64,000 bases of DNA from an uncultured Alistipes sp. (GTDB taxonomy: Bacteria; Bacteroidota; Bacteroidia; Bacteroidales; Rikenellaceae). The notes under the pieces were generated by a model. It saw only the letters and a list, made by a program, of their open reading frames with translations, was not told the origin of the DNA and did no database searches. Shown one piece after another: positions 27,259 to 36,259 of the stretch. Numbering within the stretch: position 1 is the stretch's first letter; the number at the start of each line of letters is the position of its first letter. The DNA is taken from assembly GCF_910580175.1 (NCBI RefSeq), contig NZ_CAJTXD010000001.1:10597-74596 (forward strand), written 5' to 3'. The translations under genes were made by a program, and so were the position numbers.

Positions 27259-27266
27259 TATCTTTG
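27259..27266 (+). promoter_or_regulatory. -7 box (TAtcTTTG, within CTTGCGTTATCTTTG) for pheT
   Basis: 41 nt before the ATG at 27307. Confidence 0.55.
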
Positions 27267-27306
27267 TTCGATTATTTATTGGCCGAACAAGTAAATTTCC
27301 AAACAT

Positions 27307-29772
27307 ATGAATATCTCTTATAACTGGCTCAAGCGTTATATCGAAACCGATCTTCCGGCCGAACGGATCGCGGAAATTCTGACCGACATCGGCTTGGAGG
27401 TCGAGGGTTTCGGCAAGGTCGAAACCGTCAAGGGCGGACTTCGTGGCGTGGTGGTCGCCGAAGTGCTGACTTGCGAAGATCATCCCGATTCCGACCATCT
27501 CCATGTCACGAAGGTCGACGTGGGTGCCGCCGAGCCGTTGCAAATCGTTTGCGGTGCGGCCAATTGCCGGGCCGGTCTCAAAGTGCTTTGCGCGACTGTC
27601 GGTGCGGTGCTCTACCCCGACGGCGGCGACGAGGAGTTCAAGATCAAGCGCAGCAAGATCCGCGGTGTCGAGTCGTTGGGCATGCTTTGCGCCGAGGACG
27701 AATTGGGCATCGGGGCTTCGCACGACGGCATCATGGAGTTGCCGGCCGACGCACCTGTGGGGATGCCGGCCAGCGAGTACCTGCATATCGAAGACGATTA
27801 CCTCATCGAAATAGGACTCACGCCCAACCGCGTCGATGCGGCGTCGCATATCGGCGTGGCCCGCGACCTGGCGGCCTACTTGACCGCCCGCGGACAGAAA
27901 ACCGAGGTGCGCATGCCCGATGTGTCGGCTTTTGCGCCCGACGGCCACGACTCGAACCTCAAGGTGCGAGTCGAGAACGCCGAGGCGGCTCCCCGTTATG
28001 CGGGCGTCTCCGTCACAGGGTGTAAAATCGGCCCCTCGCCCGAGTGGATGCAGAATTGCCTGCGGGCGGCCGGCATCAATCCCAAGAACAATCTTGTGGA
28101 CATCACTAATTTTGTGTTGTTCGAGTTGGGACAGCCTCTTCATGCGTTCGACGCCCGCAAGATCGAGGGCGGCGAGGTCGTCGTCCGCACGTGTCCCGAG
28201 GGCACGCCTTTCGTGACGCTCGACGGCGTGGAGCGCAAGCTCACGGAGAAGGATCTGATGATCTGCTCGGCCGAGCGTCCGATGTGCATCGCCGGCGTCT
28301 TCGGCGGGGCGGATTCGGGCATCAGCGATTCGACGGTCGACGTTTTCATCGAGAGCGCTTATTTCAATCCGGTATGGGTGCGCAAGACGGCCAAGCGTTT
28401 CGGATTGAATACCGATGCTTCGTTCCGTTTCGAGCGCGGCGTCGATCCCAATTTACAGGTTTATGCTGCCAAGCGTGCCGCCTTGTTGTTCAAGGAGTTG
28501 GCCGGCGGTAAGATTTCCAGCGACGTCATCGACCTCTATCCCGCCCCGATCGCCGATTTCGTGTTCGATCTCTCGTTCGACCGGCTAAACGCCTTGATCG
28601 GCAAAGAGATTTCCCGCGAAACCGTGCGTGCGATTCTTGCGGCGCTCGAAGTGAAGATCGTGGCCGAGAAGGAGGGTGTGTTGACTGTGGCCGTGCCGCC
28701 TTATCGGGTCGACGTGCAGCGCGAGGCCGACCTGATCGAGGACATCTTGCGCATCTATGGTTATAACAACGTCGAAATACCCTCTTGCGTGCGTTCCACG
28801 CTCTCTTTTGCGCCGCAGCCCGACCGCAATAAGTTGATGAATTTGGCGGCCGATTTTCTGACGGCCAACGGGTTTACGGAGATCATGTCCAATTCGCTGA
28901 CCAAGGGGGCCTACTACGAGGGACTCGCCTCCTGCCCGAAGGAGCGTTGCGTGCGGATTCTCAATCCGTTGAGCGCCGATCTCAATGTTATGCGGCAAAC
29001 CTTGCTGTTCAACATGTTGGAAGCTGTCGCTTTGAATGCCAACCGCAAAAACGGCGATTTGAAACTTTATGAGTTCGGCAATTGCTATTTCTACGATGCA
29101 GGGAAACGCACCGACGAAAATCCGTTGGCCGCCTATTCCGAAGAATATCGTTTGGCGATCGCCGTCACGGGCATCGCGACTGCGCAGTCGTGGAATGCGA
29201 AGCCCGAAAAGGCATCGTTCTTTACTCTGCGTGCCGTTGCCGAGAAATTGTTGCACCGCTTCGGCATCGACATCTATGCTTTGCAGACCGAAAGCGTCGC
29301 GAGCGATTTGTTCGGCGAGGGATTGTCGATGTCGCTCGGCAACAAGGAGTTGTTGCGGATCGGCACGGTCGCCGGGCGTATCCGTCGTATGCTCGATGTC
29401 AAGCAGGAGGTCTATTTCCTGGAGATGAATTTCGATGCGCTGGTCAAATCGACCCGGAAACATCGGATCGTCGTCGAGGAGTTGTCTAAATTCCCCGAGG
29501 TAAAGCGCGACCTGGCGTTGTTAGTCGACAAGCAGGTCTCTTTTGCGGCTTTGCGCGAGGTGGCTTTCGCTGCGGAGCGCAAGTTGCTTAAGAGCGTGGC
29601 GTTGTTCGATGTCTACGAGGGAGACAAGCTGCCCGAGGGTAAGAAGTCCTACGCCTTGAGTTTCATTTTGCAGGACAAGAGCCGCACGCTCGACGAGCGG
29701 ACGATCGAACGCGTGATGGCCAACCTGACGGCCCAGTTCGAAAGCCGTTGCGGCGCCACGGTCAGAAGTTGA
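27307..29772 (+). CDS. pheT: phenylalanine--tRNA ligase beta subunit
   Basis: MNISYNWLKRYIETDL N-terminus, tRNA-binding domain (VVAEVLTCEDHPDSDHLHVTKVDVG), and B3/4, B5 and FDX-ACB regions. 821 aa. Confidence 0.95.
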   Translation: MNISYNWLKRYIETDLPAERIAEILTDIGLEVEGFGKVETVKGGLRGVVVAEVLTCEDHPDSDHLHVTKVDVGAAEPLQIVCGAANCRAGLKVLCATVGAVLYPDGGDEEFKIKRSKIRGVESLGMLCAEDELGIGASHDGIMELPADAPVGMPASEYLHIEDDYLIEIGLTPNRVDAASHIGVARDLAAYLTARGQKTEVRMPDVSAFAPDGHDSNLKVRVENAEAAPRYAGVSVTGCKIGPSPEWMQNCLRAAGINPKNNLVDITNFVLFELGQPLHAFDARKIEGGEVVVRTCPEGTPFVTLDGVERKLTEKDLMICSAERPMCIAGVFGGADSGISDSTVDVFIESAYFNPVWVRKTAKRFGLNTDASFRFERGVDPNLQVYAAKRAALLFKELAGGKISSDVIDLYPAPIADFVFDLSFDRLNALIGKEISRETVRAILAALEVKIVAEKEGVLTVAVPPYRVDVQREADLIEDILRIYGYNNVEIPSCVRSTLSFAPQPDRNKLMNLAADFLTANGFTEIMSNSLTKGAYYEGLASCPKERCVRILNPLSADLNVMRQTLLFNMLEAVALNANRKNGDLKLYEFGNCYFYDAGKRTDENPLAAYSEEYRLAIAVTGIATAQSWNAKPEKASFFTLRAVAEKLLHRFGIDIYALQTESVASDLFGEGLSMSLGNKELLRIGTVAGRIRRMLDVKQEVYFLEMNFDALVKSTRKHRIVVEELSKFPEVKRDLALLVDKQVSFAALREVAFAAERKLLKSVALFDVYEGDKLPEGKKSYALSFILQDKSRTLDERTIERVMANLTAQFESRCGATVRS

Positions 29773-29854
29773 TACGTTCCTTCTACTTTACGGCGAACCC
29801 CGCAATCCGTTGAGGTTTGCGGGGTTCGTGTTTGCGGGCTTGCCGCCGGTGGAG

Positions 29855-32002
29855 TTATAGATTCGGTTTGATTTGCGGCGGTTGGATCGTCACATAGGGC
29901 GTGCCGTTGCCGTGGCAGGTCGACACGAGCCGCACGGCCCGGATCGCCCGGTCAGGATGCAGGCGGATGCTGCCGTTTTCCAGGTCGCCGGCCCGTTCGA
30001 AATGCTGGCCGTCGAACGATACTTCGGCATATCCCGTCGTGATCTGGGTCTTCGGCAGTTGCAGGTGGCCCGTCTGGAAATACATTTCGCGGCTGGCGAC
30101 CGGTTTTTCGAACGTGTAAAGTATCCAGTCGCCCTTGCGGCAGGTGCGCAGCGTTCGCGAGGTGCTGCGATACTCCGCCGCACGGGTGTAGGACGCTCTC
30201 GGACTTTCGGGCATTGACGAGCTGATCCGGAGTTTCGGGGCGATGGTGCGGTAGTAGGATTTATCCGCCACCTGCGGACTGCGGCCCGTCTTGTAGTGCG
30301 AGCAGAAGCGATAGCGATGCGGTTCGGAGGTGTGCAGCGGGTGGGTGTAGCGCCGGGGCTTGCCGTCGTCCACGGTGTAGAAGATCGTAGCGCCGTCGTC
30401 CGTCGCGGCTGTGAAAACACCGTCTTCGTAGCGCAGCTGCGGCGGGAATAGGCGGAACCCGATGCCCATTGCGGCCATGCGGTCGTAGTGCTCGGAAACG
30501 AGTTCTTTATAATAGGCGTCCCATCCCTCGCTGTTGCCGTTCCAGGCGATGCGGGCCAGGGCGCAGAGCCGCGGGAAGCACATGTAATCGATGTAGTCGG
30601 GTTTTTCGGGTTCGTGCGATACATAGATTTCGCTCCAGAAAGCCGCTTCGTAGCCTTCCACGCGGTGCAGTTGTTCTTCAGAAAAGCCGCGTTGTGCCGG
30701 ATCGAATCCGAAGGTCTTGCGGGCGTCGAAGATCGAAGCCCAGCTGTGCCCCTCCTCGCGGGGTGTCTGACGCATGTCGAAATAGAAACACTCGCTCGGC
30801 ATGATGACCGTGCGATAGCCTTGGGCAGTGGCTTTGCGGCAGGCTTCGACGCTCTCCCAGCCGTGCACGCGGCTTTCCCGCGTGAATGCCCCGCTTGCAG
30901 CCGCTTCGTTCCACACGGCCGGGCGCTTGCCGCGGGCCGTCAGCATGGCGGTCAGCCGATCCATGAAGCGGTCTTGCAGCCGGTGCGGGTCGTCGATCCG
31001 CAGCCGTCGCATCAAAGCCTGGCAGTCGGGGCATTTTTCCCATTGCGACACCTCCACTTCGTCGCCGCCGATGTGGATGTATTCCGACGGAAAGAGTGCG
31101 CAGATTTCGTCCAGGATATCTTCCAGCAGCGTGTAGTTCTCCTCGCGGGCCACGCACCACGCCGACCGGTAGTCCGTGCCGGCAGTCGCTGCGGTGTCCG
31201 CCGGATAGGCGCACCGGATTTCGGGGTGCAGCGAGCCTATGCAGCGGCTGTGGCCCGGCAGGTCGATTTCGGGGATGATTTCCACGTTGCGCAGGGCCGC
31301 ATACTCGATCAGCGAGCGCATCTGTTCCTGGGTGTAGTAGCCGCCGTATTTCTCCGGCCATTTGCCGTAGACCGCCACCACGGGCGAGTCGCCGCCGCGG
31401 AACCCGCCGATCCGAGCCAGTTCAGGGTGCGATTCGATGTCGATGCGCCACCCCTCGTCATCGGTCAGGTGGAAGTGCAGTTTGTTGATGCTGTGGTAGG
31501 ACAACAGGTCGATGCAGCGTTTCACTTCGTCGATGCCCATCCACGTGCGCGCCACGTCCAGCAGCATGCCCCGATAGCCGTAGCGCGGAGCGTCTTCGGC
31601 CCGGCCGCAGGGCAGCGCCGTGCCTGCCGGAAGACCTTGGCGGGCGTAGATTTCGGGCGGAAGCAGCCGGAAAAGGGCTTGTAGTCCGTTGAAAACTCCC
31701 CCGGGGCTTGTTCCGCCGATGAGGATATGGTCGGACGCGATGTCGAGCCGAAACCTTTCCGAGGCTTCGCCCGGTTCGAGCGTCAGCACCACGACGCTTT
31801 CGCCCGTCATGCGCTGCTCCACCTCGCACCCCAGATATTCGGAGGCATAGCGAGCCAGTGGCAGGAGGGTTTCGTCGGCGGCCACGGTCGTCGCCGGGCC
31901 GAACACGAAGCGGCCTTCGGCCGGAGCAAGGATTACAGGAGCAGGTTGGGCCGAGGCGCGGACGATGAGCAGCAGCGAAGCGGCGAGCAGAAATGGTTTC
32001 AT
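29855..32002 (-). CDS. GH20 beta-N-acetylhexosaminidase with a C-terminal accessory domain
   Basis: Start at ATG 32002 (MKPFLLAASLLL signal peptide). GMLLDVARTW...NKLHFHLTDDEGWR...IHIGGDEV catalytic D-E pair. Confidence 0.9.
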   Translation of the reverse strand: MKPFLLAASLLLIVRASAQPAPVILAPAEGRFVFGPATTVAADETLLPLARYASEYLGCEVEQRMTGESVVVLTLEPGEASERFRLDIASDHILIGGTSPGGVFNGLQALFRLLPPEIYARQGLPAGTALPCGRAEDAPRYGYRGMLLDVARTWMGIDEVKRCIDLLSYHSINKLHFHLTDDEGWRIDIESHPELARIGGFRGGDSPVVAVYGKWPEKYGGYYTQEQMRSLIEYAALRNVEIIPEIDLPGHSRCIGSLHPEIRCAYPADTAATAGTDYRSAWCVAREENYTLLEDILDEICALFPSEYIHIGGDEVEVSQWEKCPDCQALMRRLRIDDPHRLQDRFMDRLTAMLTARGKRPAVWNEAAASGAFTRESRVHGWESVEACRKATAQGYRTVIMPSECFYFDMRQTPREEGHSWASIFDARKTFGFDPAQRGFSEEQLHRVEGYEAAFWSEIYVSHEPEKPDYIDYMCFPRLCALARIAWNGNSEGWDAYYKELVSEHYDRMAAMGIGFRLFPPQLRYEDGVFTAATDDGATIFYTVDDGKPRRYTHPLHTSEPHRYRFCSHYKTGRSPQVADKSYYRTIAPKLRISSSMPESPRASYTRAAEYRSTSRTLRTCRKGDWILYTFEKPVASREMYFQTGHLQLPKTQITTGYAEVSFDGQHFERAGDLENGSIRLHPDRAIRAVRLVSTCHGNGTPYVTIQPPQIKPNL

Positions 32003-32132
32003 AGGGATGCGGGAAAAGGGGCGATCACGTTCCACGAAGTTAGGCTATTCCAGTAAAACGGCCAAATATTCGGGCGAAATAGTAGGCCCCTTTTTGAAAA
32101 TGTAGTACCTTTGCTTCGAAATAAATTGTCTT

Positions 32133-32912
32133 ATGGAACAGGATAAACGACTGGCAGCGACGGCGCGGCTGTTGGAAGTCATGAATACCCTGCGTCGCGA
32201 GTGTCCGTGGGATCGGGAGCAGACGTTCGATTCGTTGCGCAGCAATACCATCGAGGAGACCTACGAGCTGGCCGATGCCATTACCGACCATAATATGGAG
32301 GGCATCAAGGAAGAGTTGGGCGACTTGCTGTTGCACGTGGTCTTCTACTCCAAACTCGGCGAGGAGGTCGGGGCGTTCGATTTCGCCGAGGTTGCCGACG
32401 CGTTGTGCGACAAGTTGATCTATCGCCATCCGCACGTCTACGGTGATATCCACGCCAACACGCCCGACCAGGTAAAGGAGAATTGGGAGGCGCTCAAACT
32501 CCGCAAGAAAAACCGCAAGAGCGGCACCCTGGGCGGTGTTCCGCAGTCGCTTCCAGCTTTGGTCAAGGCGTTCCGCGTGGGCGAGAAAGCTGCTGCGACC
32601 GGTTTCGACTGGCCGCGGCGCGAGGAGGTGTGGGACAAGGTGCGCGAGGAGATCGGCGAGGTGGAGACCGAAATGAAATCGGGGACGCCGGCCGATCTGG
32701 AGGCCGAATTCGGCGACCTGCTCTTTGCGCTCGTCAACGCCTGCCGGCTCTACGGCGTCGATCCCGAATCGGCATTGGAGCGTACCAACAAAAAGTTCAT
32801 CCGCCGTTTCAATTACATGGAGGAGCAGGCCGCAGCCCAGGGACAGACCTTGCACGAGCTGCCGCTCGACCGCATGGAGGAGTTGTGGCAGGAGGCCAAA
32901 AAAAGCGAATAA
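32133..32912 (+). CDS. mazG: nucleoside triphosphate pyrophosphohydrolase MazG
   Basis: LRRECPWDREQTFDSLRSNTIEETYELADAI...EELGDLLLHVVF. Tandem MazG domains. Confidence 0.9.
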   Translation: MEQDKRLAATARLLEVMNTLRRECPWDREQTFDSLRSNTIEETYELADAITDHNMEGIKEELGDLLLHVVFYSKLGEEVGAFDFAEVADALCDKLIYRHPHVYGDIHANTPDQVKENWEALKLRKKNRKSGTLGGVPQSLPALVKAFRVGEKAAATGFDWPRREEVWDKVREEIGEVETEMKSGTPADLEAEFGDLLFALVNACRLYGVDPESALERTNKKFIRRFNYMEEQAAAQGQTLHELPLDRMEELWQEAKKSE

Positions 32913-32916
32913 GATT

Positions 32917-33447
32917 ATGGCATTGATTCGAAAAATCCGCGGCCACGAGCCTGCGGTAGGCGAAAATACCTTTCTGGCCGAAACGGCCGTGTTGTTGGGC
33001 GACGTGACCGTGGGGCGCGACTGCTCGATCTGGTACAATGCCGTTTTGCGCGGCGACGTGAACAAGATCGTCATCGGCGACCGCACCAACATCCAGGACG
33101 GCGTAGTGTTGCACACCATCTACGACGGGGCGAAGCATCCGTCGCAGACCATTATCGGCAACGACGTTTCGATCGGCCACAACGCTGTGGTGCACGGTGC
33201 CCGCATCGGCGACAATTGCTTGATCGGAATGGGTTCCATTTTGCTGGATAACGCCGTGATTCCCTCGGGTTGCATCATTGCCGCAGGGGCTTTGGTGCTC
33301 TCCAATGCGCAGTTGGAGCCGAATTCGGTCTATGCAGGCGTTCCGGCGAAGAGAGTCAAGGAAGTAACACCCGAGCAGCGCGACGAGATCATCCGGCGCA
33401 CGGCGCACGACTACATGCTTTACGCGTCGTGGTTCAAAGAGGAGTAG
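32917..33447 (+). CDS. gamma-carbonic-anhydrase-like left-handed beta-helix protein
   Basis: ATG at 32917. Hexapeptide repeats (IWYNAVLRGDVNKIVIGDRTNIQDG, IGHNAVVHGARIGDNCLIGMGS). Confidence 0.85.
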   Translation: MALIRKIRGHEPAVGENTFLAETAVLLGDVTVGRDCSIWYNAVLRGDVNKIVIGDRTNIQDGVVLHTIYDGAKHPSQTIIGNDVSIGHNAVVHGARIGDNCLIGMGSILLDNAVIPSGCIIAAGALVLSNAQLEPNSVYAGVPAKRVKEVTPEQRDEIIRRTAHDYMLYASWFKEE

Positions 33448-33451
33448 CGCA

Positions 33452-34762
33452 ATGAAACTGCATGCCGGTTCCAACATCTTGTTGAATCTGCTGGTCGCCG
33501 TGGCGGTCAGCCTGGTCGTGAATTTCTCCTATCTGCTGCTTCTGCTGGTCGACCAGAAGAACGACCCCGCCCCCCCGCCTCCGCCCGAGGAGGTCTTGCG
33601 CAAGGCCGAGCGATTGCAGTGCGGGGCGTTGCATGTCTCGCCCGACGGCCACGGTTATCTGCTTTATTCGGGCGGCGACAGCATCTATGTCCCTATGCAG
33701 CGCATTCGCCGGTTGGGCTTGCGCGACGGCGACAGCTTGGTCGCAGAGGTTTCGGTTACGCATGTTCCGCTCGCTCATCCCGTGATGGGCAAGGTGTTGC
33801 GGCGCAACGGCGCCGAATTCGACTACGGGTCGTTGTTCAAGCGTCCGGCAGAAAGCGTCGTGTTGACGTTGCAGTTGATTTATTATGTCTTGATTTCGTT
33901 CATCTTGCTGTCCATTCTCACACCGGTGCGTTTCCGTTATTCCCGGCGGCGCTTCATCGTGCGCTGCGTCTGGTGTTTGGTCGCGGCCGCAGGACTCTAT
34001 TTTGTGGCTCCGGTTACCGAATGGCGCACCGGGCGGTTGGTTTTCAATTTCATGACTCCGCGGATGCTCGACTACGTGCTGTTGCTCAAATGTTCGTTCG
34101 CCGTCGTAGTGTCGATGCTTTACGGCTGGGTCTATGTGCTCATCATGCAGCAGCAGGCCGTCGCCATGGAGAACGAGCAGCTCAAGAACGAGTACCTGAC
34201 CACGCGTTACAACATGCTCGTTGGGCAGATCAATCCCCACTTCTTCTTCAATTCGCTTAATTCGTTGTCGATGCTCGTGCGGGAAAAGCACCACGACAAG
34301 GCCCTTACTTACATCGACCAACTCTCCTATACTTTCCGTTATATCATTCAGAACAGACAGAATACGTTGATCCCGCTCGGCGAGGAGTTGGATTTCATTC
34401 AGGCCTACGGTTATCTGTTCAAGATTCGTTATGCCGACAAACTCTTCTTCGATGTCGACGTGCCCGAGGAGTTCCGCACCTGGCTGCTGCCGGCGCTTTC
34501 GTTGCAGCCGCTCGTGGGCAATGCTGTGAAACACAATGCGATCACTACTGTCCGGCCGCTGCATATCGCCATCCGGGTGCGCGATGGTTATCTGGAGGTG
34601 GCCAACCCCAAGGCTCCCAAGCTGGAGACCGAACCTTCCACCGGCATCGGACTGGAGAATCTGCGCAGCCGGGTTCATCTGATTACGGGACGGGAGATCG
34701 TTGTCGTCGATACCGATACCGAATTCATCGTGCGCGTGCCGCTCCAGAACCCTGCCTTATGA
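33452..34762 (+). CDS. LytS/YehU-type sensor histidine kinase with an unusual first loop domain
   Basis: GQINPHFFFNSLNSLSMLV (His_kinase PF06580 signature) and a C-terminal HATPase (LQPLVGNAVKHN...GIGLENLRSR). About 4 TM segments. See the finding on residues 58-120. Confidence 0.9.
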   Translation: MKLHAGSNILLNLLVAVAVSLVVNFSYLLLLLVDQKNDPAPPPPPEEVLRKAERLQCGALHVSPDGHGYLLYSGGDSIYVPMQRIRRLGLRDGDSLVAEVSVTHVPLAHPVMGKVLRRNGAEFDYGSLFKRPAESVVLTLQLIYYVLISFILLSILTPVRFRYSRRRFIVRCVWCLVAAAGLYFVAPVTEWRTGRLVFNFMTPRMLDYVLLLKCSFAVVVSMLYGWVYVLIMQQQAVAMENEQLKNEYLTTRYNMLVGQINPHFFFNSLNSLSMLVREKHHDKALTYIDQLSYTFRYIIQNRQNTLIPLGEELDFIQAYGYLFKIRYADKLFFDVDVPEEFRTWLLPALSLQPLVGNAVKHNAITTVRPLHIAIRVRDGYLEVANPKAPKLETEPSTGIGLENLRSRVHLITGREIVVVDTDTEFIVRVPLQNPAL

Positions 34763-35520
34763 TCCGAGCCTTGATCGTCGAAGACGAAACCGCCGCTGCC
34801 GTCAATTTGCGGGCCATCCTCCGCGAGACGGCGCCCGACGTGGAGATCGTCGCCACGCTCGAAAGCGTGACGGAGAGCGTCGATTATCTGCGCGCCCATC
34901 CGCAGCCCGATCTGTTGTTCATGGATATCCACCTGGCCGACGGCGATTCGTTCCGTATTTTCGATGCCGTGGAGATCGTGGCGCCCGTCATCTTTACGAC
35001 CGCTTACGACCGGTACGCCCTCGATGCGTTCAAGGTCAGCGGCATCGACTACCTGCTCAAGCCGCTCAACGGCGCCGATGTGCGGCGGGCCATCGACAAG
35101 TTCCGGCGTTTGACCGGCAGCGAGCGCCACGATTACGGTGCGCGCGTGCAGGCCATGGCGTCCGGCCGCGAGGAGACGTTTCTGGTGCATGTCCGCGACC
35201 GTATCATTCCGTTGCACCGGGACAAGATCGCTTATTGCTATACTTCCAACGAGAAGGTCACGGCCTGCGATTTCGACGGCGAGTCCTATCCGTTGGATCG
35301 GACGCTCGAAACTTTGCAGTCTCTGTTGCCGCAGTCCGATTTTTTCCGGGCCAACCGGCAGTTCATCATTTCGCGCCGTGCCGTGCGGGATATCGTCGTG
35401 TGGTTCGGCAGCCGCCTGGCGCTCTCCTTACAGGTGCCTACTCCCGAGCGGATTATCATTTCGAAGGCCCGGGTACCCGAGTTCAAGGCGTGGCTGCGGT
35501 CGGTTCGCCCCGCCGAATAG
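34759..35520 (+). CDS. LytR/AlgR family response regulator (REC + LytTR)
   Basis: MIRALIVEDE...DLLFMDIHLADG...YLLKP. The C-terminal LytTR region has FFRANRQFIIS. ATGA overlap with the kinase gene. Confidence 0.92.
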   Translation: MIRALIVEDETAAAVNLRAILRETAPDVEIVATLESVTESVDYLRAHPQPDLLFMDIHLADGDSFRIFDAVEIVAPVIFTTAYDRYALDAFKVSGIDYLLKPLNGADVRRAIDKFRRLTGSERHDYGARVQAMASGREETFLVHVRDRIIPLHRDKIAYCYTSNEKVTACDFDGESYPLDRTLETLQSLLPQSDFFRANRQFIISRRAVRDIVVWFGSRLALSLQVPTPERIIISKARVPEFKAWLRSVRPAE

Positions 35521-35548
35521 TCGGTTGACCCGTGCTTCCGTCCGTTTT

Positions 35549-35575
35549 ACCCGAAGTCCTGCTTCGGGTTTTTTA
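35549..35575 (+). terminator. intrinsic terminator after the two-component operon
   Basis: ACCCGAAG (35549-35556) pairs with CTTCGGGT (35562-35569), followed by T6. Confidence 0.75.
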
Positions 35576-35584
35576 TTCTGGCCC

Positions 35585-35592
35585 TACCTTTG
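35585..35592 (+). promoter_or_regulatory. -7 box (TAccTTTG) upstream of the 153-aa periplasmic protein gene
   Basis: Exact TAnnTTTG match, 65 nt before the ATG at 35657. Confidence 0.45.
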
Positions 35593-35656
35593 CATCGGAG
35601 ACCCGAACTAAAGGGTTTCGAAAATAAACGGACTACATCACTTAAAATTCAGAGTC

Positions 35657-36118
35657 ATGAAAAAGAGTATTTTTGCAGTTGCCGCAGCGCTTTGTCTGCT
35701 GGTCGGATCGGATGCTTTCGCACAGAAACAGAACCTCCAGGGCCAGACGATGCCCAAGGAGCGCCCCACGGCCGAGCAGATGGCGCAGCGCCGCACCGAG
35801 CGTATGACCAAGGAGCTGGGTTTGAACGAGAAGCAGGCCAAAGAGGTCTACACGATCAATTTGCAGCAGGTGCAGCAGATGCAGGCCATGCGCGAGCAGA
35901 TGCGCAAGAACCGCAGTGCCGAGGCCGAGAAAATGAAGTCTGTGCTCACTACCGATCAGTTCGTCAAGTGGTCGCAGATGCAAGGCCCCAAGCCGGGTGC
36001 GCATCGTGGCAAAATGGGCAAGGACGGCAAACCCGGCTGCTGCGCGCAGCCCAAAGGTTGTAAGGGCCAGGGCGGCAAGGATTGCGCAAAACAGCGTGCT
36101 TCCCAGGCGAACAAGTAG
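35657..36118 (+). CDS. secreted Spy/CpxP-like (DUF4890-like) protein
   Basis: Signal peptide MKKSIFAVAAALCLLVGSDAFAQ. Helical Q/K/E-rich repeats (LNEKQAKEVYTINLQQ, LTTDQFVKWSQM). Lys/Gly/Cys-rich tail. Confidence 0.6.
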   Translation: MKKSIFAVAAALCLLVGSDAFAQKQNLQGQTMPKERPTAEQMAQRRTERMTKELGLNEKQAKEVYTINLQQVQQMQAMREQMRKNRSAEAEKMKSVLTTDQFVKWSQMQGPKPGAHRGKMGKDGKPGCCAQPKGCKGQGGKDCAKQRASQANK

Positions 36119-36145
36119 CCCGCTTGCGTTGCCAAGGTTGCATCG

Positions 36146-36179
36146 GGGTGTCGGTTCAGTCGGCTGACACCCTTTTTTT
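36146..36179 (+). terminator. intrinsic terminator
   Basis: GGGTGTC (36146-36152) pairs with GACACCC (36166-36172), followed by T7. Confidence 0.7.
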
Positions 36180-36259
36180 GTCGATTCGCCCCCGTATGGG
36201 CCGGATGAAATGGAAATTAAGTTATCTTCGCGGTGCATTTCAGCAACATATCATCAGAA

